NCBI RefSeq assembly: GCF_016433145.1 | Contig: NC_058134.1 | Span: forward strand, 186,181,550-186,245,549 | DNA length: 64,000 bases | DNA from: Gracilinanus agilis | Taxonomy: Eukaryota | Direction of reading: 5' to 3' | Part shown: piece after piece, positions 50,946 through 63,184 of the stretch | How positions within the stretch are numbered: the first letter of the stretch is position 1 | Layout of the letters: every line of letters starts with the position of its first letter | The notes under the pieces: model-generated | Databases searched by the model: none | What the model was told of the DNA's origin: nothing | What the model saw: the letters and a program-made list of their open reading frames with translations, nothing else | Position numbers and translations under genes: made by a program

Positions 50946-52189
50946 TAAAAGGTTCTCCACTCAATGTTGAGGTAAAAGTTGAATTAGCAGTATGTGTAGT
51001 AGATTGTTGAAGGGATTTCTCTTGAGGTCTTTTCTATCTTTAGAGATTCTGTTTTCTAATAATAATAAGCTTAAACATGACATTTCTTCATTTCTTCTTT
51101 TTCCCAGAAACACAAAAGATGAAAACTTGTCGGTGATGATACCAATACAAATTTTTATTCAGGTGTGACTTGGCCTAAATGACCTGAGGTTTTTTCCTGC
51201 CAATAGATTTTGTGACAATTTGCATAAGGTTCAGCAGGAGTGAAAGAATAACTCAATGGACAGCCTGGAAATGCCATTCTTCCTTGGTATCTGTGCATGT
51301 CCCTACCATGTTAGATGTATTCTCTGTGGAGGATTTATGAGAGCATATGCACAAGAAGCATGGATGCATTTACTTTTTTAAAGGAAGGGTAATCTGCTAA
51401 TTTAATTAGACTGGTTAAAATGTTTTGTGTTTACTTCTAGGGCTGTGATCACACCATTACAAATGTTCAGTTTCAAGTAAAATCTTAGTTCAAGATATTT
51501 CTTTTTCTAGGCTTCGTTCATATTTTATATTTGTTCTGCTATAAAGTTTACATGTTATTATGAGTCCTTGGGATATCAATGTTATGTATTGCACAAGAAT
51601 AGCATAATAGATCAGTTATGTGGGAATACAATAAAGAATCACTCATTTGCCATAAAAAAATAATTAATTTGCTCTTTGATCATTTTAGCATCTTAAACCT
51701 AAAAGGGATCTTGGAGATTATCCAGCTCCCACAATTCACTTTACAGATAAGGAAATGGGTCAACTTATCACAAATGACACAGCTAACAATAGTGGCTGAA
51801 GCACCGCTATAACCCAAGCCTCCTAGCTCTTTAGTTGAAGATTCTTTCCATTACGCATCACATTACCTCCCCACTCATTAAAACATGTATCATTTTTAAA
51901 ATCCTCACTCTGTGGTTCACAAAAATTAAAGGCTCATACTGGCATTTCAGTTAACAATTCTCTACAGGCAAGAGGTATCTCCATAGTTACCAATCAATTC
52001 CATAATACAGCAGGAAACAAAACCAATGATAAAAGACTTCTTATACCCTGTTCCTATTAAGTGACTAGAGTCACTTTCTCCAACATAAAAAGTATTGTAT
52101 TCCTTGGTAGGGTCACATGTTGTTTCTTGATATAATCTTTGTTTAGTAATTAATACATTAGAAAAAATTACACACCGATTTAGTATTTA

Positions 52190-52732
52190 GATTTCCACCT
52201 TTCCAACATCTCTCTGCTGACACTGTCACCACTATTGTGTAGGTCCCCTTGACCTCACTCTTGGATTATTGTAATAGCCAACTAGTGGTTCTGCCTGCCT
52301 CAAATCTTTCCCCACTACAAGCTATCCTCCACTAGGATACTAAAATGATATTCCTAAAGCACCATCTTCCTAAAATTGCCTCCAGGATTAAATACAAAAA
52401 ACAGTTTAGCATTTAAAGTCCTTTCCCTTACTCACCAATAGATATTCTTTGACTCAAACATTGCATACTAGTTGTTCTACAAATAAGATGTTATCATCTC
52501 TCAGCATTGGGCATTTTCTCTGGCTGTCCCTCCATGCCTGAAATTCTAGTTATCTTCCCTCTGTTAATTATTTCCACAGCTTGCTTTGTATATGTTTGTT
52601 TTCATGTTGTTTCTCCTCTCCCACCTTAGATGGTAAACTCCTTTTATAGCGAGGGCTATTCTTTTGCCTTTTTGTATCCCTAGCACTTGCACACAGAAGA
52701 TACTGAATAAATGCTTACTGAGTGATTATTTG
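52190..52732 (+). mobile_element. L2 3' fragment
   Basis: CCTCACTCTTGGATTATTGTAATAGCC motif and tail AATAAATGCTTACTGA. Confidence 0.8.
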
Positions 52733-53559
52733 TGGCATTTAAATGTCTAGGTAGGGATAAGACATATAAAATCTATATATATTTACTTCAAAAACATCTT
52801 TGTGAATTTGACCGAGGCTATTCCAATTAATATCTTAAAAATGTCTTTAAAAAGGTATGTCTCTAAAAAAATCCTTCCAAGCAAATTCTATACATTTCTT
52901 ATGATTTCCAATATGATTCTAAGTACTAACACTTCCCAAATCTTTATCTAAGCGTCAAAGACAAAAACAAAAAAAAAAAAGAGGAAAAAGTAAAGGCCTT
53001 TCTCTGTAATTCAATATTAAAGGGTCTTTATAAATAAAATTCAAATCCACAGACCCAAAAATATCAAAATACAGAGGCATGCCCAGGTCATTCATTCATA
53101 TATATATATATATATATGATTTGTCCAACGGTTCTTTAAATCCTAATCTCCTCCCACAATCAAATTATTATTCTACTTACAAAAATTTAATTTGCACACA
53201 AATTTTCAGGAACTTCCACTACTATAAAATGATTTTATCTTTTAATAACAAATCATATTTATATAGCACTTTAAAGTTTACCAAGTTCTTGCTTCCTAAC
53301 AACCTGTCAAGTTTAAGTCCAAAACTGCTAAATGTCAGAACAAAAATTTGAACCCAGGTGCAGTTTTCTACTATAACACAGCCTCTACTTTTAAAAAATA
53401 TTTTCTTCCCCTCCCCCCCAAAAAAGTGAAAAAAGAACACTAACGTACAACACAAAACACAATTTAATGTATTAGGAATATATAACTAAGGGATTGGTTT
53501 TCCATTTTGGTCTAATAAAATGAGTTATATCAAGAGATGCAACTAGGTTTTTAAAAAAG

Positions 53560-54000
53560 TTTTCTTTAATACTTTACTTGGAAAACTGTAGCTCCATGAA
53601 CATGGCTACAAAGCCAATTTATTTTTATAAGATTGGGTTGCTTAAATTCTTTGCTTTTTGTTCTGTCTGAGCATCTTATATTTTTACAAATAGTTATCCC
53701 ATTTAAGTTGTTTTATTGGCATATAGTTGGGTAAAATAGTTTCTAATACTTTCTTTTATTTGTTGTGAATTTGCTTTTCATTTTTTGATACTAATAATCT
53801 GCTTTTCCTCTTTTTTAAAAAAAAAGATTTATGAATGACCCATTGTTGTTTTCAAAAAAAGCTTCTAGTCTTATTGATTCCTGGTTTTGCTCTAAATTTT
53901 GTTGTTCTAATTTATCAGAAATTCTATTTTAGATTTTAATTGGGTTAAAAATATTTTGAGTGTTTTCTAAACTCATTGGTCTGTTAACTTAGATTAAATC
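53560..54000 (-). mobile_element. L1 fragment
   Basis: T-rich reverse-complement ORF2-like sequence. Confidence 0.55.
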
Positions 54001-57000
54001 TTACCCAACCCGTAATTGGTATGGGGTGGGGAAGAGACCAGTAATGTTAGCTCCATAGCAACAATGTTCAAGTTCACCGAATAGGCAACATAATATGCCA
54101 TTTAGGGGACATTAAGCAATCTAGTGAAATCAAGTTTGACTCAAGAAGTCCTACCATAAATTTAAGTCCCACATTGCACTTATTGCACAAATTAGTAGCA
54201 GTGTTAATAATACAAGTCACTTAATTTCTTATTACCTCAAACAAATAAGGCTACAAATTAGAGAAATTAAAATCGGCAAGAAAGACAAGACAAAAAAAGA
54301 GCAAACTGATAGTCATGGGATTCCATTGAACTAGATAGGTCCACTTTTCATCTTGGGAGATTAGTTAAAAGCCAGAGGTAGTGTTAGGTTTAGTTATAAT
54401 ATGTCAAAATAACTATGATAAAAATGACAGTAATCAGGGAAATACAGTAGTCTTTTTACCCAGTAAAATTATTATCTTCCAAAGTATTTCATGTTGTGTT
54501 TATAAAAGCTGATATTTCCAAAACAATGGCATATGTAAGTTTGTCTAGTGGTGGTAAAAGTCTGTTTATAGTAAATTTATCATGTCTTGAACATTACCTT
54601 TTTTAATGGGCAAAAGGCTCAATATTCATGCTAAATATAATTGCACTTGCTGGTGTACAGTCACTAGTCTTTGAAGACTTAAGTCTTAATACTTATAGTA
54701 GCATATTGTCACTCTCCTGGGAGCTTGCACAATGATGAACTGATGAAAGGCCAGCAACAGTATCCCACATGACATTCTGAGAAACCTTGGTACTGCAACA
54801 AGGGGAATTTCAAACCATAATATACAAGTTGTCTGGTAGCTAGAGGAACAATTTATTTTGTGTTTTGATATATAAGGATTCTGGACAAATGACCTATAAA
54901 TGAGAGATGTTACCAGAATATGAATTAAATCATAAAAATTGTATTTACATTATTCATTCAGAAATCAATGAGGTCCCCCCAAAATGTAAGAAATAAAATG
55001 ACAAAACAATTTCCAAAAGTTTTGGAAGGTCAATACATTAACCTTTGATTTGGTAATACACCTGGTTTTCTTAAATGCACCATCAAGAAGCGTGTTTTGT
55101 TTTGTGTCTGACGTATTTTTTTAATTAAATGAAATTAAAATTAATTGTTCTGAGAATTTCCTGATTCCCAATGAGATTACTAAAGAAACCCCAAGAGTAC
55201 TGCAAAAGGAAAGAAGGTAATAAGTAAGCATTTATTTAAGCCTTGCTATGTATTTGATATGTGCTGGGCTAAGGATCATGAGAAGTCAAAGCAGTTAAAA
55301 CCAGATCTATAGAACTGTGATGGATAAAAATGATGGCTAGTCACTGGCAGAAAAGTCAATGTTTCTTTATCCAGGTTTTGCTTGCTCATAAAGGAAGTTT
55401 CAGAATTACTCTCAAGTTTAGATAAAAATCCTTCTTATATAAGATGGCTGCAAGCATTTGCCTTCATTTTGCTACATGTTTTCTTAATTCTAATGACACT
55501 TTTATATCACATATACATTCAATGAATTCCAAATTGCATTAGTTACTGTTGAATACACCTTTAGGAACTTCCCTACTAGACTATAAACTCCTTGAAGGCA
55601 AGAAATTGATGGAATTTTTAAAAATATTCCTTAATATATAAAATAATGAGGCCTATACCTACACAGTAAGAACCAGAAATATGAAGGTTGAAATGTCTTA
55701 ACTGGAACTACATCACTATTTTCAGGTATAGTACTTGAAAGGCTTTCATGTTAAATCAATCTAGATTTAAAGAGTTTTCAGCTTATTTAAAACAAACATC
55801 AGAATAATGGTATCCTGAATTGGGAAAGTTAAGAGGGACAACTACAGTGGATTCTCTCTCCCCCTAACTTGAGATTTTCTAAAGGTTGCTGAAGATATTT
55901 AGAAGAGATTCTTGATTTAGGAAGTAATTAGGACTAAATGGTCCCTGTGTTCTTTTTAATTCCAGGTTTTTCTCCAATTCTGCATAACCAAGACTAAGCA
56001 ACAACAAATAGGTCTCAAAAAATGCTGGATGCTCTTGCTTTTTTCTTTATCTGTGCTTACTTTATTCTTCCATACTCAGATCTAATGCTCATCTATGATG
56101 CTCATATATTGTAGCAAATCCCAGTGCAGAATTTACAATCCCTTAAATCAGTACTTAAAAGATTAAAGTGCTTTCATTATTTATCCACACCAAAATTTAC
56201 TGAATGGTTACAGTAATACATTGGAAAGACAACAATTTCGATTAGATTATCTTTATGATACTAAAATTATGTTAACTATGTAAACCCCGCCCCCATACTC
56301 ATTTGCAATTTTTGAAGTAATTTCCTTAACTACAAAGAAATAATATGATTATTTAACAAAAAGTTCAGTGACCCAGGGGAGTCCCATCTTGGGAGATCTG
56401 TGCAGTAAACTTCATTCAGCAACATTTCATTAGACTTAAACATTTTGTCTGGTATTTTGTTGCAAGAAATAGATTGGGTTCAGCTGCTAAAGGCTTTCAG
56501 AAAATATGAGCCTGTTACTCTTATGCTTGTAAGACTTAACTGTACAAATACCAAATGTTCTTATAACTTAAAAAGTAATATTTGTTTTTGTTTACCATAT
56601 TCTTATAAACCTAGGCCTTAAAAATGAATCATCGATCAAAGAAATACCAAGCTGGAGAAAGGATTCTGCAAATTTAGTGCTTACATATAGAAAACTATTT
56701 CTCCTAAAGTGAATTTTTTAAAATCACATTTATATACCCTCGAGGTTTACAAAATGGAATTTAAAAAGTCAATATGCATTCAATCATCCTAAACAAGCTA
56801 TTATTCATATTATCAACAACTTTTGGAAAATTTATGCCAAACCAAAATGATAGAAAACCTTTAGTGCTATGCATAAGGACCCAACCTAACCAAGCATTAC
56901 CATAAAGTGAAGCAGGTACACACCCCTTTCCAACGGGACACTTGGAACACAAGACAAGAAAAGAATGGAATGAAGCATCAGATGAAGTAAGCACAAAAAG

Positions 57001-57149
57001 TGGGGGCGACAAGAAGAAAAGGGTCGAGAGCATTAAATACCATACCAATACTCCCAGAGATGAGGTGCCTTCGAGGGGAAGGAGGGGGGTTAAGAGTAAC
57101 AAGCTAAGAGACTGAAATGGACTGAAACAAATGAGGACAGAAAACTCCT

Positions 57150-58120
57150 AGGTGGCTGGGGGCGGAGGATTGAGGATTAGGGAAGAATATTTACTCAACT
57201 GCTTCAGAGAAATATTAAGTTTGTGTTTCTCCTCTTCAAGCCATTGGGGGAGGGGAGCTTCAGGCAAAGCCACTTCCCAGATGTTAAAGGGGGAGGGGGA
57301 GAATTACAACTCTGGTCGGAATAACCTCGGGGTTTATTTCCCTAGGGACCGGAGGGCAGGGGGGTGATTTCTGGGGACAGGCAAAGCCGGTTTGGTCACC
57401 TGCAGCGGGAAGGGGGCGAGAGTGGGGAGAGTGGGCGGAAAGGGATTCCCGGAGGCCCAGGATGGGCGTTACCTGCAGGGTCACCTCCTGGGGGTCCCAG
57501 TGCGGCCGCAGGTGTCGGAGAAGGCTCAGGGCCCCCTCCCGGCAGCGCTGCTCCTCCTGCTCCTGCACGGTGACATTCAGCTTCGGGACCTCGGGGGACC
57601 CGGGGGGGACGTGGATGTAGTTGGCCATGGCCCAGACGGCAGCTGAGACGACCACTACGACTACGGCAACCGCGACGAGGGCAGCGGGGGCCGACAGGCT
57701 GAAGCCGGGCGGCGCTCGGGGCTGAGGAGGGAGGCGGGCGGTAGGCGCGCGGGGGGGGCGGGTGAGCGGCCGCAAGGTAGCGGTTGAAGCCTGCCTCGCG
57801 GCGCTGAGGAAAGGGGCAATAACGGGGGGGAGGGAGGGTCTCGGCTACAGCTAGAACAAGCAGGGGCGGGTAGCTCGCAGGGAAAATTCCACTTCGCTGC
57901 GCTCTACTGCCGGCGGCCCCGGTGCATGCCGGGACTGGCCTGACTCTTGCGTCACGGGCGGGGTGGGGCCCGCGCCTCGCGTCACTAGTAAAGGCCGCGC
58001 TCAGGCTCGCGGCTGTGACTACCGGGCACTAGGTGAGGATCGTGGGGGGCCGGTGGCATTCACGTGTGTCAGCGCTACCGTTACCCCTACTTTGGCTGGA
58101 CGCCCGCCTCGAGAAAGCGG
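57150..58120 (-). promoter_or_regulatory. ETNK1: CpG island, ETNK1 promoter and 5' UTR
   Basis: Sharp switch to GC- and CpG-rich sequence over exon 1. GC boxes at 57863..57870 and 57956..57968, CGTCA CRE half-sites at 57948..57955 and 57978..57985, CACGTG at 58061..58066. No TATA box seen. Confidence 0.9.
57473..57628 (-). CDS. ETNK1: Ethanolamine kinase 1, coding exon 1 (MANYIHVPPGSPEVPKLNVTVQEQEEQRCREGALSLLRHLRPHWDPQEVTLQ)
   Basis: ATG at 57628 in strong Kozak context (GCC ATG G). 156 nt, phase 0, donor CAG|GTAACG. Peptide matches the mammalian ETNK1 N-terminus as I recall it. Confidence 0.96.
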
Positions 58121-58899
58121 CTCAGGCCTGTAGGTAGGCCTGCCAAGTCTCCTTAGCTTTGGAGTTCCATTAAGGGAGAGGCCTGGAAACTTTGCTAAGG
58201 GTTAGGAAGCTTCGATTGTGTGCCTTGAGGGATACCAAATCGTCAGAACTGAAAGTGAAGAAGTGCTGAAAAATGTTTAACAATCAGCTCTCTGGAAAAG
58301 AAATGTTCATGCCACACACTTTTAATTAAGAGCAAACAAGACAATAAACCAAGACCTGATATGTAGATGTTTTCCATCTTTTTCAGGTGCCTGCATTGAG
58401 GACTTTAACCCCCAGCTCTCCAGAAGTTGAAATGAACCTGCTCTGGCACACTATTGGCTTAAAAGGAACATAGATCATGAATTATCTAGTCCAAGCCCCA
58501 TGATTTTATAGGTGAGGAAAGAGGTCCAGGAAAGTGAAATCACTTGCCCGTCAATGTTACCCTAGTAGTTAAATAATAAATTGAACTCATTTTCATCTAT
58601 AAAATGAAGTTGTTGGACTAGATGATATCAAAGGTCCCTTTCCAGCTCTCACATCCTGTGATTCAAGGGTTCAAGGGTCTGCTGACTCCAAATATAGTAA
58701 TTTCACCTTTGCACCACAATGGCTTCTATGACTTATTTGCCTTAACCTCAAAACAACTATGTCAAGAAAGACTAAAGTGATTACATTTTCATCTGTGCTC
58801 CAAGAGTAGTACTGCTAGGTTGTAAATTTCAGATAGTTGTAGTGAAAAGGGAAAAAAAAAAGAACTGCAATTGGAGCCTTGGTGTCCCTCTCTTCTGTT

Positions 58900-59990
58900 T
58901 CCTCGAACTATTAATTGAGTATTTGTTTACTCTGTACCAAATGATTACTTAAGCTCTGGGGATACAAACAGAAAAGTGAAACACCCTCAATAAGATTCCA
59001 TTCCAGTGGGATAGACAGCAGGGACATACTGTATAAAGTGATGTGCAGATTTCATAACAAAAGGAAGAGGAGGGTAGTTTTGGGATAGAGTACATCAGCA
59101 GTGGTAAACCTAAGGAAAGGAGTCTTCATTAGAAGGTGAGTTTTTAAGGAAGTCAAAGATTACAGGAACTGAAGATGAAGAAAGAGAGCATTCATGGCAT
59201 AGCAGATAGCAAGTATAAAGGTACAGAGACTGTGTAGAGTTGTATGTGAAAAAAACAGCAAAGTAGTCCACCATGGTTAGATTGTAGTATGTGAAAGGGA
59301 GGACTGAAAAAGTAGGATAGAGCTAAGTCAAATCAACAAGCATTTTATTAAATGTCTGTGTTGTGCCAAGCTGGAGTTGCAAAGAATGGCAAAAAGCAAT
59401 TCGAAGTTTATATACCCAAAAGGGGGGGGGGGGGAAGGAATTCACAGGCTAAAGGAGAAGATAACATGCAAACATCAATGTAAAAATCAGATGCATATAG
59501 AATAAATTGGAGATTTATCTCAAAGGGAAAACGCTAAGATAAAACAGGACTGAGAAAAAATGCTTTATTCAGAAGGTAGAACTTTAGCTGAAACTTGAAA
59601 GAAACTAGCAAATAGAGATGCAGAGATAGTGTTCCAGTCATGGGAGGTAGCCAGTGAAAAGGAAACCAGTGGCACTGGATCACAGAGTACTGGGAAGAGG
59701 AATAAAGTTGTAAGAAAGGGGCCAGGAAAGAAGGACTAAGAGACCATGTTATGAGCAACTTTAAAGCCCAAACGATTTTGGTTTAACTGTGCTTTAGAAG
59801 AATCACTGACTGCTGAGTGGAGAATGGTTAAAGGAAGAAGAGACTTGAATCAAAGAAAGCCCATTGCCAGGCATAGCTAAGAACCTGAATTAACTAAGGT
59901 GTTAACTTTGTGAGTGGAGATGTATTTGTGATAGATTGTGGAGACAGAAACAAGATTTGACAATCTATTTGAGATACAGTATGTGAGTAT
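58900..59990 (-). mobile_element. L2 fragments
   Basis: Reverse L2 tails (CAACAAGCATTTTATTAAATG) and GA-rich body. Confidence 0.7.
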
Positions 59991-59993
59991 GAA

Positions 59994-60186
59994 GGGCAGC
60001 TAGGTGACTCAGTGTATTGAGCACCAGGCCTGGAGTATGGAAGACTTAGGTTCAATCTGGCCTCAGACACTTCCAAGCTATGTGATCCTAGGCAAATCAG
60101 TTAACCCCAATTACCTAGCTCTTGCCCTTCTGTCTTAGAGTTGTTAGTAAGACAGAAAGTAAGGGTTTGAAAAAAAGAAAAAAAAA
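59994..60186 (+). mobile_element. Older SINE1-type copy
   Basis: Family head, body and GTAAGGGTTT-A tail. Confidence 0.85.
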
Positions 60187-61513
60187 CTTTTGAACCTAAA
60201 CTTGAGAGGATTGTTGTCAAGAAATTGTAAATTCCAAAGCCCCATATAAGTATCAGCTATTATTACCAAAATTATGTTTAGGGCAAACTTAGACAAGGTT
60301 ATTTTTAATTAGCATCATAGAAACCTTGTCTAAATTTATCCTATTAATAATTTTGATAATAACATAATTCCAGGGTCAGCTTCTAATAGACCATATTTTT
60401 CATTAACCAATGTAGGGCAAATAAGAAAGGAGGAAGAACAGGACAAAGTGAAAAAAAGAAAAGAGTATCTCTGATATGCTTGGCTTGGTAAATAGATTGT
60501 GGTGACTAGCCTTTGTGTAACTTGCAATTTATTGACAGGTGGGGCAGGCAGCCGGAGAGCTCAGCCCTGAGGTCAATATTGTGTTACTGAATTTTATAAG
60601 GTTTCCTTGGTAGTGCTGTGTTAGTGACGTTCACTATAGCAATTGTTTCCACAAGCTACCTGGGCAGGGGGAGGGGACAGAAGTTAAACATTCAAACATT
60701 TGTTAAGGCATACAACACTTTAATCATTTTTATGAGAGAATGTGAAATGAACTACAAATTTAAATGAGCCTCAAAATTAAAATTGTTAGCTTAATGGCAT
60801 TAAATTAAAATCTGAATGTTTTAAAACCCAGGTTATGTTAAGTTTTCTCAATAAAGAGGCAAGAGGCAAGATCAATCAGCAAGTTTTTATCAACTACCTT
60901 TTTTGTATCAGTCAATAAGCTAGGCAATGGCGAATAGGAACAAAAATGAAATAGTCATTGCCTTCTAGGAACTTATATTCTACTGAGAGAGATAATGTGA
61001 ACAAGTATAAATGTAGTATCCCTTCTGGGAGTTACCTTCTCAACTTAGTATTCACTGGTTTGCCAGTTCAGTCCCCACAGGGTACTTGAGTACTCTGTAG
61101 GTCCACATTCCTTAAACTAATGTGGGAAATAATTTGACCCCTGCCATACTTGAGTAGACCTCTCTGCTCCATCTTAAATCATTGATTTTATCCCCATGAT
61201 AATTTCCAATGTGATTCCATAGAAGTAGAAATTAATTGTTTATATTAACAAACAATTGATATACATCTAGAGAGTTAAGTATAATCTACTAATCCTGATT
61301 TCACAATACATTTTGATTAGTTATCTTATGACAGACATCTGAGAAAACTTTCTTGTTAATATTTTGAGGCTTTTTAAGACATGTTATTTGCTTGATCATA
61401 ATTAAAGGGATTCCCACCCTAGTTTGGACCAGTTAAGTTCCTCATGGCTCAAGATGTCACAAGGTTAGTCCTCATGTAAAAGATATCATAAGGGTAGATG
61501 GAAAGTCCCTGGC

Positions 61514-62109
61514 TGTTGTGGGGGGCTAGAGGTGAACCCCCAGGGTTTGGGAAGGATACCTTTTGCAAGAATTCAAGACTTCAAAACTTAGCTTAAAAAT
61601 AAAAAGGGAGATTTATTAGTAGTGTTGAATTTTTGGCCAGCAAGACCAACCTGGTGGATGAGTGGAACAACCTGGAGGGTTGCTCCCAGAATCCATCAAT
61701 TCTGGGGATTATATACTTTTTACAACAGTGGGGACATGCTGTTGTGTCATGGTATGGATGTGATTCTAGAGTGGTAAACACTCAGGCATTTGGTGGGGGG
61801 GTTGGTCATCTGACCTGCATCTGCCTAAAGACCCTCATTGTTTAGGGAACAGATGGATGCTTGAGATACAACCTGATGGTATCAAGCTGTTGCCTGGAGG
61901 TACATCTCTATATCCATCTCAATCTAAAGACTAAAGATGATAATAATCTCAGGGTCTTATAGAAGTTATCAGATGTTCTTGGGTTAGGAGTCACAGATGT
62001 GCCTGGGTTTGGGGGGTTTGCCATGGCTATTTTGGAAGTCCTCAGTCCCTAGCCCCTTCACCTGATTGGTTAACCCTAGGAAAAATATAACCTTCCCAAT
62101 TCTTCAACA
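61514..62109 (-). mobile_element. Solo LTR-like element
   Basis: Inverted termini TGTTG...CAACA. On the - strand, a TATA-like motif (near 61710) precedes AATAAA (61616..61611). No TSD recognisable. Confidence 0.6.
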
Positions 62110-63184
62110 AGGGTCTTTTGCTACATGGTCCAACCTTAGGGACCCTTGGTCAACCCTGCTCCTGTCCAATTTGAATCCACCAATGAAAATGTATTTTTTG
62201 TGTTCTACCAGTCCAGAAGAGACCACATTAATAAATTACTGTTTGAACTTAAAGACTATAAATGTTGGAGGTAGGGTGGGAGTGTGAGTCCTCAAATGGT
62301 GAGGAAGGTCTAGAATCCTATTTGTTGAAGAAGACCAGTTCCTTTAATAAATAGTTATTGGCTTGAAGTTCTGCCTCATTTGTTTTATTGTATATTGGAT
62401 AAATTTCTGGTGTTACACTATAGAGAACATGAGTGTATTTAGCTTTCATTGCAGCCATTAGGTAACTTTAACTAAAAGAAAAGGCATTAACTAAGATGGC
62501 ATAGAAAAAACAGAAGTTATAAAACATTCTGACCTTAAACCTAGAACATAAGTTGGCTTCCACAAATACATCTGTGGGAAAACTGAAAACAAACTTAAGA
62601 AGCACTAATAATGAATTACATATATATAGGGTACACATGCAATTCAATGCCTCTAATTCTACAGAGAATAATCATTTGTCTTTTTGTGGCATCCTCATTC
62701 CCTGGTAGGTGCACTTCTTTGCTAGGCAGATCACTCTGCTAAGCTATTTGGGTTTTTGTACTGAGGATTGAAGGACCATAGATACACACAGTCTTTGAGC
62801 TGAAGAACTGAAAGGAGCTTACTACTGTCAACATGAAATTTGGACACCTCAATTTTCCCCCTGTTAACACTACCTAACAGAAAGGTGGACAAAACTAAAC
62901 CCAACAGTAACAATATGCCTACAAAAAATTCTCAGCTAAAGAAATTCCTAGAGAACTATACTGCCTAAGCTCTCAATCACTTTAATTTTGCAGGATTGTA
63001 GTTCTAATGAAGACTCTAATCATCCCGAAGTCAGTCAACAAGCTTTTATTAATTGCTTGTCTTGTCCCTGACAGTGAATTAAGCAAAAATATGGTCCCTG
63101 CCCTCAAAGAATTCACATTCTAATAAGGGAGATAACATGCAAAAATGTGAACAGTATGATGAAAAAAAATTACTATATTACCAA

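Noticed and set aside
51250-51420. EHMHKKHG-like zinc-finger-looking translation
   Set aside because: Broken by stops, no CxxC in frame, no reliable homology.
54732-54805. ATGATGA...CTGA (C/D-box-like) and CTGATGA...GAAA followed by a CCTTG/CAAGG hairpin (hammerhead-like)
   Set aside because: The C-to-D distance is only 49 nt, there is no terminal stem, and it is antisense to the host gene. As a hammerhead it lacks stem II and the required U-H after stem III (it reads GGA).
57284-57472. C-terminal part of the 163-aa ORF (VTPILGLRES...)
   Set aside because: Read-through into intron 1 past a good donor.
57152-57646. Plus-strand ORFs over the CpG island
   Set aside because: GC-rich shadow ORFs antisense to exon 1, with no recognisable product.
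62731-62913. 60-aa ORF with a signal-peptide-like start
   Set aside because: TTG start, no splice or promoter support, no recognisable homology.
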